A stretch of DNA of 64,000 nucleotides from NCBI RefSeq assembly GCF_036365525.1, contig NC_090372.1:74758078-74822077 (forward strand). The letters run 5' to 3'. The notes under the pieces were generated by a model. The model was not told where the DNA came from. It did no database searches and worked only from the letters and a program-made list of their open reading frames with translations. Below are positions 53,036-64,000 of the stretch, piece by piece. A program made the position numbers and the translations under genes. How positions within the stretch are numbered: position 1 is the first letter of the stretch; every line of letters begins with the position of its first letter. This DNA comes from Heterodontus francisci (Eukaryota).

Positions 53036-53096
53036 CATGAAGGCACAGAAGGAGGCCGTTCGGCACATTGAGTTTATGCCCGCTCTATGTAGAGCA
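53036..53096 (-). mobile_element. Short CR1-type LINE/SINE 3' tail fragment
   Basis: Minus strand ...ATGTGCCGAACGGCCTCCTTCTGTGCCTTCATGAC resembles the CR1/HER1 3' terminal stem-loop. Confidence 0.6.
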
Positions 53097-54315
53097 GATA
53101 TGTGAAAACAATTTGCTGAAAGGTATTATTTCCTCAACATTTTTCTATTTTGTTTCTAGGAATGTATTTTAATTAAAATGTACTCACCACGTTAACAAAC
53201 CATTAATCCTGGGGGGACCGACATATTGTATATTTTCAATTAATGGGCTATTTTCTTATTTAAGGTGCATTTCAACAAGCAACAGGAAATTCTATTTATA
53301 CGCGAATATTATTCCTTTAAAATCAATTCACCGGATGCTTAGGAACAATTTACACTATGACACTGAATATTTAAACAAACGATCTCCTCTGTGACTGGCT
53401 TCGGCTATCTGTATAAACATATCGAAACACACATCTGCACATTTTCGTTCACAACTGCCTCGGAAAGTCTTCAAAGACTTTTATAAGTTTCAGCGATAAA
53501 GGTAGCATAAAAGGATGATCGGTTAATTTTCTCTTTCTCCAGTCTGTAAGAAAAATGTTTCCCGAGCAGTAACAAACATCTCGTCACCCTCCCAGTGAAC
53601 TGTTTAAAAATTATGTCATACATTATGTCGTAAAATGATAATCTGTTAATATTGTTTAGGGCACTTGAGTGGAGCATAGTATCAACATAAAGTTTTACTG
53701 TCGCTTTTAGACTGAAGCGTTTCTTTTTGTCAATTTATGATGCCCAAATGCAACACACTGTCAACATTATACCACACACGATCTTAATCGTGAACTGGGT
53801 TCTCCGTTGCTTCACGGAGGTAGAGACTGCAACATTCAGCAGATATTTAAAATGAAGTGTTCCACACCCAAAATTAACAACGTATACACGAGATGACTCG
53901 CATCAGGCAGTACAGACATTAAAAACTCAACTTACATTATATTTGATATTATGCAAAGGAGAGATAAGGCTATGAGAAGGCGCAAAATTATTGTACAGTT
54001 TTTTCCTGGCTATTTTATGGATGTGGAATTATGTTAGTATATATTATGTTAGTATGAAATTGATCTGTATATATTTCTGCAAATTATCACCCCAGGGATT
54101 TCATTTTGTCGGTTTAGTCAACTATCTGTTTATCGAATCATTCTAAATTATGCTTAGCATAATAACGTTTTGATTGCAAATGTTATAAAATTGATCAGAA
54201 ATTGATCCCGTCACTTCAACTAGTTCTGTTAGCAAGCTCCAACAGACTTAAGGAACGAGGGTTATTAATTACTCCTTGGCTACCCTCACGTCTGGTTCAT
54301 TCGAATCCGTCTTAC

Positions 54316-54780
54316 TTTGACCAGTGAGATTAAAGGGTCGTGGGAATGCTATAGCTTCCTGATAAGCACGGCTGACCCCTACATGTTTAGCCCATACACA
54401 GGTCGGAAAAGGAGTTTTCGGATAAAATGACAACTCATAACTACACAATGACGAAACTGCAGAAAACGGGATCACAACCGGGGGGAATCAGTGCTAAACT
54501 TGAAACGCGCGCGGGAAAGGACTATGTCTGACATTCAGTGATGAAGGAGAAAAAATAATGTACATATATTCCAGATTACCAGGCGAGATCATTTCTGTAT
54601 TTGCCCTTGTAGTGACACAGCTTTCCCACTAGATGTCTGCAGAGTTAATTGAAGATATTCAAGAATATTATTATTCCTTGAATTTTGAGTCTTGTCTCCA
54701 AAGATTGCGGTCATTGAGTGATCTTGGTACTGAATCTGGCTGTATCTAGGTAAACAGCAGCTATGTGTCGAACGCAATCT
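54316..54780 (-). pseudogene. HOXA14: Candidate HoxA14 pseudogene exon 1 (5' limit uncertain)
   Basis: SPGNLE at 54586-54569 (cf. PG13 PGYLD) and ECQT*SFP at 54536-54513 (cf. YQPW). An open frame then runs to a phase-1 donor CAA A|gtaaga at 54316/54315, which matches the phase-1 acceptor at 52085. Confidence 0.5.
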
Positions 54781-57700
54781 TTTACTATGCTACAAAAAGC
54801 AATCATTCTTGTCACAGGATATATATATTGCACCTACGCAAATGGTTCATTTTATTACAGTGTATGTGTTTAAATAGCAAGGTAAAACCGTAAACACGCC
54901 TCTGGTTAAACTTTAATCTGTTCGAGTCAAGGACACTGAGGCGGCAACCGCACTTACATTGCCAGATGCCAAGTGTGATTCGAGATCAAAATTGCTACTT
55001 GCATCGAAGTCCAGAAGCACATTTTTACCTTCGAACATATTTGTGCAGTTTACATAACGTGGGTCGAGCTGAGTATATGAAATATAGTGGACAACTGTAT
55101 CTGGTCCAGCTAATTTAGTACAGAGACGTGGGAGGCTTGAGATTTATTGGTCATTACAATGGGCAATGCACCTTGGCTTTCTTCAAAGACACCTACATTA
55201 GACTTTTGAACAAATATTTAGTCTCTAAGTCATAAAATGTTTAGTATCGAAGAAATGCAGTGTCCTTGGTGCCCTGGGCTGGTTTAAACTCGCTAAAGCA
55301 GTTGTTCCCCGCCCTTCCTGTAGTTTTTAGTTCACATTGCCTGCTCTCTTGCCCAGTGTCCATCTATTCAAATAAATCCAAATATTTATGTAACACGTTC
55401 ATACGGTGACGAGGATCTCACACTATTTTCGACCGAAATTGGTAACTTGGCTTTCAGATTTATTCCTTTTGTAACTGCAGCCGGAAAGCGCAGCCATCGC
55501 CCACACTGTATGTGGCTACAGCATGATTTCATTTAGGCTTTAGGCCTAGTTTTAATTAATTTTAGTAAAGTAAATTATTGCCGAATACCTAAAAGAGCAA
55601 CACTAGGTAAATCAAAAATTCCCTTTACCAATAAAGAGCTTAAAAACGTTTTTATAGAAGTAATTCAAATTTCGTCCATCTGCATCTCAGTTTTGGAAAT
55701 TCCAAAACAAATTGAAAACTTATTTTCTCGAAATTTATATAGTGTCTTGAAACTAATTCACTGAATTATGTAGCGTCTTCATTTTTTTCTGATCCAATGA
55801 CTCCATTATACGAACTCGTAACAAATTAAACTTTTGGCCTATATATAATCATGTACCCACACTAAAGCGTAACACAGAATCAGCATCAGCGCATCAACTG
55901 GGCGATTAGATTTTGCTGCTGTTTGTTTCTGACTGCATCTGACCACGTATTGCAAAATGCTCCTCTCCTCCCGTTTTTGTTCGACTACGGGGAACGTGCT
56001 GCTTCGCAGAAACTCGAAACATATCAGTTGAAACGTGGGTGCAAGGGCAAACAAACTTGCAGCTGATTGGCTGAAAGGCATTCAACTATCTCAGGAAGGT
56101 GTTTTATTGCCACTGTTATGAGCAATCAAGAGCAAAGGGCACGATGTTGAGATTATTGATCCTTCCATCATCGATGATATTTCTTACCGGCAACAGCCGA
56201 GCAGATAACTCGCACAATCTATCAATATTTGGCGGGTTCCGCTCTATCAATCCAATCCAACAGTGTTTTTCTGTGCTCACATATTCATTGCAACAATATG
56301 TGAGCTGCTTACTGAATGATTGTTTTAAAATAATTATTTTCATGGCCTATATGTTGCATTCACATTTCCGAGAACTTACTAATCCCATCATTTCATGTTA
56401 CGCTCGTAAAATCTTTAAACGAATGGAATTTGGAGTTCAAACGTGTGGTAACTTCCACACTGCTATGCACCCCAGGAAGTCAAAAATCTCTTGAGTGAGT
56501 GTGCTACCATTAAAGACTATAAAAAGCTCTAAAAGCTATGAATCATTGTTGAGATTAATGTCAGCATATAGCGTAAATGAAATTGGACTATTTCAGCTTT
56601 GTATTTGATCATTGTGGATATGTTAAAGTTACATTCTACATATTACACAGCGATAAATCGCCGTATGCTATTGATTTGTATGTCCTGTGGAAATTCTGTG
56701 TTATACTTGTAGCACACAGAAAAATATATTTCCACTGCTTCGAGATGACAATTAAACATCATTAGACGTAACTCGGGAGAATGCAGCTCCTTTCTGCTAT
56801 GCAATAACCACTTAATGCCTTTGTGAAAATGCTACCGTGTGAAGCACAAGATCCCCCAGTAACAAGCACCGAGTTCTCTGATAGGTAAGTTATGGTTTGT
56901 TCTTACATTTTTACAATGTAACTAACTAACTTGTAGATTTTGCAAGGCAGGCGAACTTGGATAAATAGGCGTGCCTTAATTAGTTTAGGCGGAGATGAAA
57001 ACCAGTAAAAAACTGGTCAGTTTCACAACTTTAGAGAACTTTTTACACTTGAATAATTTACTTGTGCATTGTGCTCTGAAATTATATATATTTTTTAAAA
57101 AGAGGAACTCGTATTTTTCCCTCAACACCTCTTAAATTAGACCGCCGCTCAAAATGGTCGACAATCAAATCACAGCCCACCTTTTCGATTGTTCGCAGTC
57201 TCTTAAAATTCTTTTTCTTATAAGTTAATGTAAATGACCTCTACTTTATTTCAGTTGGTTCCTAAAGAAACAACCCGAATTCCGCTTTGTATGCTGTAGT
57301 CTTCATTTGTCTGATATATTACCTGAATTATTTCAATGGTGTTTCACTTTTGAAAAAAATAGGATTGTGTCACTATCATGCTCTTGTAGCCCAACAGGAG
57401 TCGCACGGTTTATCAACACTAATATAACATTAATTAACCCAAGAGTCGGCAAGTTTGAATTGTTCGTTTCAATTATAACGACGTGCAACAACTCCCCAAA
57501 AAATTATTCGTTATGAAAAAAAGTAAACGTCTCTGATCAGAGCAGTTTAATTGGCATGAGGAAGATGTGTATTACGGTACTCGTCGGTTCTGCGAACTGG
57601 GGTTCATTTCCATTAACGTGGTTCAACAGTAGGGGGAGCACAAAGACAGCGAGTGATACCTGGGTTCAGATGGAGGCTCTGTCGCGCAGGAAGCACAGAA

Positions 57701-58401
57701 ATGGATAGAGCTTTGGTTGTCTTTCGAAAACGATACAGACAAGCAAAGGCTCATGTGTGCCCGCCTTGTTCTTAATTCTGCGGTAGCATGCTCACAGGTC
57801 TTATTTAGTCTTGAAATTCTTTAAACAAGTGTATAAATATTACCTTTTAAGTCTCCTTGTTTCAAGATTATTTCAAGGGGAATTCATTGTTTCACGGCCC
57901 ACTGTAATTCAAAACGGAGGATATTATAAGAAAAGCATTTGTTGGGGTCAAATTTATTGTTGTCATTCCTGTGTTGACGCGTTATGTGCTTTGTTATAAT
58001 GCACAGCGTGCAAAGTAAGTCTATATATTATATAAATGGCAATTATGTATATATGTTGCCATTTCTCTTTTCAACTGTTGGAGAAATGATCTTTGGTAAC
58101 AGATATACACTTCTTTCAATTACAAAGATTAGGATGGAATCTCAAGGCACCAAACGCTCTTGAATCGTGCCCATTTCACTGTTTATCTGTCAGCAGCTGT
58201 TACAACAGGGAACTAATTAAGCGTGTACAATTAGTATCGACCCAGAGGGAAGACGGCTAATACCCAGCCAATCTTATACGCCAGATACTGAAAGAGTATC
58301 AGGGGACAGGATAACTGGTACTCAGCCACTCTCATACACAGATATTGCAAGAGGACCAGATAGGGGGTACTCAGCCAATCTCACACACGGGTGTTGCATT
58401 A

Positions 58402-58542
58402 ATATAGCACTTTTAACATAGGGAAACGTCCCAAGTTGCTTCACAGGAGAAATATTGACACAGAGCCAAAGAAGGACAAGTGATCAAAAACTTGGTGAAA
58501 GAGATAGGTTTAAAGTAGCGCCTTAAAAGAGGGGGAGAGGTA
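58402..58542 (-). mobile_element. L2-type LINE 3' end fragment
   Basis: The minus strand ends GTGAAGCAACTTGGGACGTTTCCCTATGTTAAAAGTGCTATA, resembling L2-clade 3' termini. Confidence 0.55.
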
Positions 58543-58545
58543 GAA

Positions 58546-59820
58546 TGTGGTTTTATGAAAGGGAAATGGTGTTTGACAAATTTATTAGAGTTCTTTGAGG
58601 AGGTAACAAGCAGGGTGGATAAAACGGAACCAGTAGATGTAGTGTCTTTGGATTTTCAAAAGGCATTCAATAAGGTGCGACAGAAAAGGTTACTGCACAA
58701 GATAAGAGTTCGGGGTGTTGGTGTAATGTATTAGCATGGTTACAGAATTGGCTAACTAACAGGAAACAGAGTATTGGAATAAATGGGTCATTTTCAGATC
58801 GGCAAACTCTAACTAGTGGGGTGCCACAGAGATCAGTGCTGGGTCCTCAACTATTTACAATCTATATTAATGACTTGGATGGAGGGATAGGGTGTATTGT
58901 AGCCCAATTTGCTGACAATACAAAGATAGGTAGGAAGACAAGTTGTGAGGAGGACATAAAGAGTCTGCAAAAGGATATAGATAAGTTAAGTGAGTGCGCA
59001 AAAATTTTGCAGATGGAATATAATGCGGGAAAATGTGAGGGTGTCCACTTTGGTCGGAAGAATAGAAAAACAAAATATTTAAATAGAGCGAGACTACAGA
59101 ATGCTGCAGTACAGAAAGACCTGGGTGTCCTTGAACATGAATCACAAAAAGTTAGCAAGCAGGTAGAGCAAGTAATTAGAAAGGCAAATGGAATGTTGGC
59201 CTTCATTGCAGCGGAGAAGGAGTATAAAAGTAGTGAAGCCCTGCTACAACTGTACAGGGCATTGGTGAGACTACACTTAGAATACTGCATAAGTTTTGGT
59301 CTCCTTATTTAAGGAGGGATGTACTTGCAATGGAGGCAGTTCAGAGAACATTCACTAGGTTGATTCCTGAAACAAAGGGGTTGTCTTATGAGGAAAAGTT
59401 GAGCATGTTGGGCCTCTACTCATTGGATTTAGAAGAATGAGAGGTGATTTTATTGAAACATATAAAATTCTGAGGGGGCTTGACAGAGTAGTTGCTGAGA
59501 TGATGTTTTCTCTCATGGGGAAATCTAGAACTGAGGTACAGTTTCAGAGTAAGGGATGGTCCATTTAAGATGGAGATGAGGAGGAATTTCTTCTCTCAGA
59601 GAGTCATAAATCTTTGGAATTCTCTATTTCAGGGAGCAGTGGAGGCTGGGTCATTGAATATTTTTAAGGCTGAATTAGACAGATTTTTGATCTACAAGGG
59701 ATTCAAGGGTTATGGGCGGGGGGGGGGGGGGGGGGGTGGCGGGGGGGAGGTGTGGGTGGGGTGGCGCAGGAAAGTGGAGTTGAGGCCATGATCAGATCAA
59801 TCATGTTCTTATTGAATAGC
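58546..59820 (+). mobile_element. 5'-truncated, decayed CR1 (L3) LINE: reverse transcriptase and 3' end
   Basis: Reads GFMKGKWCLTNLLEFFEEVTSRVD..VDVVSLDFQKAFNKV, GVPQRSVLGPQLFTIYINDL, FADNTK, LYRALVRLHLEYC and RRNFFSQRVINLWNSL, with frameshifts. Confidence 0.93.
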
Positions 59821-59823
59821 AAA

Positions 59824-59888
59824 GCAGCATTTACCCTGTTAAGCCCCCTCAGAATCTTATATGTTTCAATAAGATCACCTCTCATTCT
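59824..59888 (-). mobile_element. Inverted CR1 fragment
   Basis: Reverse complement of the RMRGDLIETYKILRGL segment that is also present forward at ~59434-59496. Confidence 0.8.
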
Positions 59889-60260
59889 TGGAGTATAAGA
59901 CAATCTCCTGGAAGGAGTTTAGTGCACTCGGTTGTAAGATCAGGAACTGGCAACTGAACTCAACTGTTATTTCTGCCTCACCATGCATCCTGAAGTTGCT
60001 TCACATCCACACAAAATGACAGGATAAGTTCATCCTACAGCATATGAAAACCACTTAACTAATGTTCAACCAACCCCATACACAAGACCCTGGAACAGTG
60101 CCATTGGACCAGATAGAGATGTACCCAACCAATCTCATACACAAGGTACTGGAAAATATTAGGGAGCCCTATACCTTGATACCCAAGCAACCTCACGCAC
60201 TAAACTGTGATCAGGGGCTAGCTAATGACCCATCAGTATCATATGCCATACATCAGATAC

Positions 60261-60335
60261 AAGGGCAATTATGGACGGGCAACAAATTCTGACCTTGCCA
60301 GCGATGCTCATGTCCCAGGAATCAATAAAATAAAA
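60261..60335 (+). mobile_element. 3' tail fragment of the same family as the SINE at 50138-50506
   Basis: AAGGGCAATTATGGACGGGCAACAAATTCTGACCTTGCCAGCGATGCTCATGTCCC...AATAAAA. Confidence 0.7.
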
Positions 60336-60548
60336 GGAAGAATATAAAGGCTCCCATACTAATCTCTGGCTAATCGCATATACAAGATCCTGAAATGAAA
60401 TTAGATAACTAATACTCAGCTAATTTCAGAATTTAGGCTATGGCAGATTGTACAGATCTACAGGGCTAATTGGTATCTAATGTCACAAAGTACACAATGA
60501 TATAGTATTAAGGGATAATAGAACTGATACTCATTTCCCAGACACAAG

Positions 60549-61256
60549 GGGCTGAATTTTACTGGGATGGTTGAGGTCCTGCTGCCGGAGCCGAAAGCAC
60601 AAGGCGACCCAGCTTAGGCCGGCGGTGGGACCCAGAGAGGCATCTTCCCAGCAGTGGCCAATTAAATGGCCACCACCGGGGCTGCCATCCCTGTGAATAG
60701 GAGGACCACAAGCTTAGTGGCCTCGCAGTGCCACTGCTAGTGATGGCAATTGCTGCGGCTGCACCTGCAGAATGAGGTGCATTGATGGCCGTGCTTCCCC
60801 AAAGACAGGTAACTGGGGTCTGTGGATACCGGGGCCAGCCTGGTATGCCCTGGTGATTGGTTGGGGGGAGGGGGTGGTGTTGCGGAGGGCAGGCAGTGCC
60901 ATTGCCACAGGGGGCAGCCATAACTGCTGGGCGACCGCTCCGCGAGCTCAAAAGGAGGGGCTCCCCCTATCCTGGAGCCTGCTTGGAGGCGGCCAGGATT
61001 TACTGGACAGTCTCCCTACATGATGATGCCTCCCCCCACCGCTGCCAAAATGCCTGCAGAGGCAGGGAGAGGCCCTTAATTGGTCACTTAAGTGACTCAA
61101 CTGGGCTCCCAGTGGGCGACACATCTGTCATTTTGCCAGCAGTGGGAAAACATCAGGCACGCCCCCCTTCCCCCAACCTCCTGACACTTTCCCACCCCAT
61201 TTTGCCAGCTTTCCCACCTCCCAGTCCATTACCAAGTGCCTGGTAAAATTCCAGCC
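60549..61256. mobile_element. GC-rich non-autonomous DNA transposon (MITE-like) with short terminal inverted repeats
   Basis: Left end GGGCTGAATTTTAC; right end GTAAAATTCCAGCC (reverse complement GGCTGGAATTTTAC). The ~700-bp GC-rich interior has sharp compositional edges and no transposase ORF. Confidence 0.7.
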
Positions 61257-61729
61257 AAGGACAATATCAAAGAATCGGATATCTAAGACCCAGTTAATCT
61301 TGTACATTGTCCATAAATAGAATATCAAAGGATCAAATAGCTAATATCTAGCAAGTCAAATGCATTGTATCATGGGAGAGTATCAGGCTCCACCAGAGCC
61401 AATATCCAGCCAATTTCATGCACAGGACACTGGAAAAGCATTGGAAATCAAAGACCCATACAATCTTTCACAAGTAAGCAGAAACAAACTATCTAAGGGT
61501 CAGAAGTAAACTGCTGAACTTGAGGACCATCTGGCTACATGCCACGCATAAATGGAAAGGGAAAGTTCCTGGAAACACATTTCAGAAGATAGAGAGGGAC
61601 AGCAAAGCAAATAGGGGAAATAGATGAAATGCAAGAATAGGAGCATGAATATCCAGGGAGACTCTAGGGGTACAGTTTTTAGTGGTTTTGGTTGAGGTGG
61701 GGTATGTTGGCTAAGACTCCAGTCAAAAT

Positions 61730-61937
61730 CCCTGCTCTTCTTAAAATAGTGTCAAGGGATCTTTGATGTCCAGCTTGGCAGGCCTTGGTTTATTATCTCA
61801 TTCAAAAGATGATACATGTGGCAATGCAGAACTTACTCTGCCCCATACTGAAGTGCCAGCCTAGATTATTAACGGATGTTGAACCCACAAACTTCTGACT
61901 CAAAGGTGAAAATGCAAAAAAAAGCCAATCTGACACT
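61730..61937 (-). mobile_element. Decayed DeuSINE-type SINE
   Basis: The minus strand has a tRNA-like head (GAGTCAGAAG..GTGGGTTCAA). A Deu-domain-like region follows: ATCTAGGCTGGCACTTCAGT...TCTTTTGAATGAGATAATAAACCAAGGCC...AAAGATCCCTTGACACTATTTTAAGAAGAGCAGGG. Confidence 0.7.
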
Positions 61938-62209
61938 TGGTAAATGAACAAAGGGATTTAAGAGCTGAATCCATGCTCGCATACTCCTAGCAGGGAACAA
62001 CATCCAGAGGGAGTGCAATGCGGGAAATTGTATGCACACAGCCTGTGGTTTTTCATTCATTCATTTTAATGGATGGAAAATCATAGGCTGTGCACCTACA
62101 ATTTCCTGCATTGTGTTTCCTGTAACTGCTGCTTCCTGCTGGGACAGCAGAATCAGCCCTTTAGGGTACAGGTACAGAAATCATTAAAAATTAGCTCACA
62201 GGTGCAAAA

Positions 62210-63529
62210 AGAACCGTTTAAAAATTCAAAGAATGCTGGACCTCACAACAAAAGGTATCAAATTTAAAAGCAAGTAAATAGTAGAGTGCTAGTTGGATCT
62301 GATTTGAAATATTGTGTTTAGTTTTGTACACTTTCTATGCATTGGGAACACCTTATACATGCATTGCTGTTCTTCTTGTAGTAACTACTATTGTAGTTAT
62401 TGTTGTTGTAACTGCTGCTGCTATCATCTTGAGCTTTTTGAGCCAGGATCTGATATACTTCCATGGATCTCACAAGGAAAAAGGTGGTCCATTCAGCTTC
62501 AAAATGTGAGACTTGCCTTGGTTGAGGTGAGAAATGCTCTGATTGTCATTTCCCTTTTTGTTTTGTCATATCATGAATGTTTTGTGCCTTCATTAATATG
62601 CAACTCTTCAAAATTGGTTCAATCAACTTAAAAGTGAGCAATGCTATATTGCTTCATTTCAAAAAATAGTCAAGGGTAAGGATGAGATATTCCCAAGTAA
62701 AATGCTAACTTTGAACCATAGATGGGAATAAATCAATTTATGGCCCACAAATAGTTTTTATAATTATCTGCTTAATAGCAGGTTATATTATTCTTATCAG
62801 TCCAGATTAATTAGTTACATTTATGAAGGGAAAAAGATAATGTCATGAAAATCTGTAGTCAATATAAATGAAGAATAAGCACATTATGTAATGCTAATGG
62901 GAATTGCTTATGAATGTGACTTATACATCCAATGATAATGGAGATCAGGTGTGAATGAGGATTAAGTATAGTACTAAATGACAGTGCACTATGCACAGAT
63001 TTAGTTGGGAATATCTCATCCTTACCCTTGACTATATCAGCCATTCTTCGGAAGCAACACTCTTGCTTAAGATTTTTTGAAATGAAGCAATATAGCATTG
63101 TTCACTTTTAAGTTGATTGAACCAATTTTGAAGAGTTGCATATTAATGAAGGCACAAAACATTCATGATATGACAAAACAAAAAGGGAAATGACAATCAG
63201 AGCATTTCTCACCTCAACCAAGGCAAGTCTCACATTTTGAAGCTGAATGGACCACCTTTTTCCTTGTGAGATCCATGGAAGTATATCAGATCCTGGCTCA
63301 AAAAGCTCAAGATGATAGCAGCAGCAGTTACAACAACAATAACTACAATAGTAGTTACTACAAGAAGAACAGCAATGCATGTATAAGGTGTTCCCAATGC
63401 AAAGAAAGTGTACAAAACTAAACACAATATTTCAAATCAGATCCAACTAGCACTCTACTATTTACTTGCTTTTAAATTTGATACCTTTTGTTGTGAGGTC
63501 CAGCAGTCTTTGAATTTTTAAACGGTTCT
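62210..63529. repeat. Long near-perfect inverted repeat (arms 62210-62696 and 63005-63529)
   Basis: The arms are reverse complements over ~490 bp, with a few substitutions and a ~37-bp indel near 63036-63072. The spacer is ~310 bp. Confidence 0.95.
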
Positions 63530-63687
63530 CTAGCTTGCGTTGTTGTGCTCTTATCTGCGAAGCCCAGTAATGCGCAATCTATGGGTAATTATGGTCAGTA
63601 AGGTTGTGTGAGGCATGAGCAAGCAGTAAAGTGTGAAACAGGTGGCCTGACAATATTTTGTGGCATTGATTGAGTTACATTGAGTTT

Positions 63688-63930
63688 ACACCACAGAAAC
63701 AGGCCATTCATCCCAACTGGTCTATGCCGGTGCTTGTGCTTCACACTAGCTTCCTCCTACCCCTCTTTATCTAGCCCTATCAGTATACACTTCCATTCTG
63801 TACTCTTTCATATGCTTATCTAGTTTCCCCTTAAATGCATCTATGTTATTTGCCTCAACTATTCCTTCTACTGGCATGTTCCTCATTCTTACTACTCTTT
63901 GGGTAAAGAGGTTTCTCCTTAAATCCCTTC
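63688..63930 (-). mobile_element. CR1-type LINE 3' end fragment
   Basis: The minus strand encodes a RNLFTQRVVRM..AFKGKLDKHMKE-like ORF2 C-terminus and ends TTGGGATGAATGGCCTGTTTCTGTG. Confidence 0.75.
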
Positions 63931-64000
63931 TGGAAATATATGCACCATGTAGTTGCTAAATTTGAGTTGGTGTACTTTGGCAGCTTCCTTAAGTTGTGCA

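Larger units (their letters stand above)
58255..61470 (+). repeat. Degenerate ~50-60 bp minisatellite array interrupted by transposons
   Basis: A recurring motif TAC(C/T)CAGCCAATCTCATACACA(A)GA(T/C)ACTG(G)AA occurs at ~58261, 58319, 58367, 60062, 60122, 60179, 60360, 60413 and 61403. Confidence 0.65.

Noticed and set aside
53700-53735. Minus-strand DKKKRF as a possible homeobox start
   Set aside because: No further homeodomain similarity follows. The true pseudo-exon 2 is at 51901-52085.
58255-58390. Repeat-spacer-like periodicity suggesting CRISPR
   Set aside because: Vertebrate DNA, degenerate units, related spacers and no cas genes; it is a minisatellite.
60559-61246. Several 64-130 aa ORFs on both strands
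   Set aside because: By-products of the GC-rich MITE-like interior, with no transposase or other domain.
62312-63427. Mirror-image 105-aa Cys-rich and 65-aa hydrophobic ORFs
   Set aside because: Duplicated only because of the inverted repeat. They have TTG/GTG starts, and their composition comes from (TTG/CTG/GTA)n low-complexity sequence.
58000-64000. Evx1, expected beyond the 5' end of HoxA
   Set aside because: No Evx homeodomain seen; it presumably lies outside the window.

Overview
This is AT-rich vertebrate genomic DNA containing the posterior half of a HoxA cluster, with all genes on the minus strand. It is most likely from a cartilaginous fish: the proteins resemble horn shark HoxA as I recall them, and the repeats are shark-like. 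Four intact two-exon genes are present (HoxA9, HoxA10, HoxA11, HoxA13), plus a mir-196 hairpin between HoxA9 and HoxA10. Manual translation also reveals decayed Hox genes at the three positions where gnathostome HoxA clusters lack a gene. The first is a clear HoxA14 pseudogene with the PG14 split homeobox (~51.7-54.8 kb). The second is a probable HoxA8 remnant (~0.1-1.1 kb), and the third is a more degraded candidate HoxA12 remnant (~36.1-37.5 kb). I recognised no transposon in the first ~50 kb. Beyond that lie a SINE, CR1 and L2 LINE pieces, a DeuSINE, a MITE-like element, an old ~60-bp minisatellite and a near-perfect ~490-bp inverted duplication. All family comparisons are by eye against remembered sequences; no searches were run.
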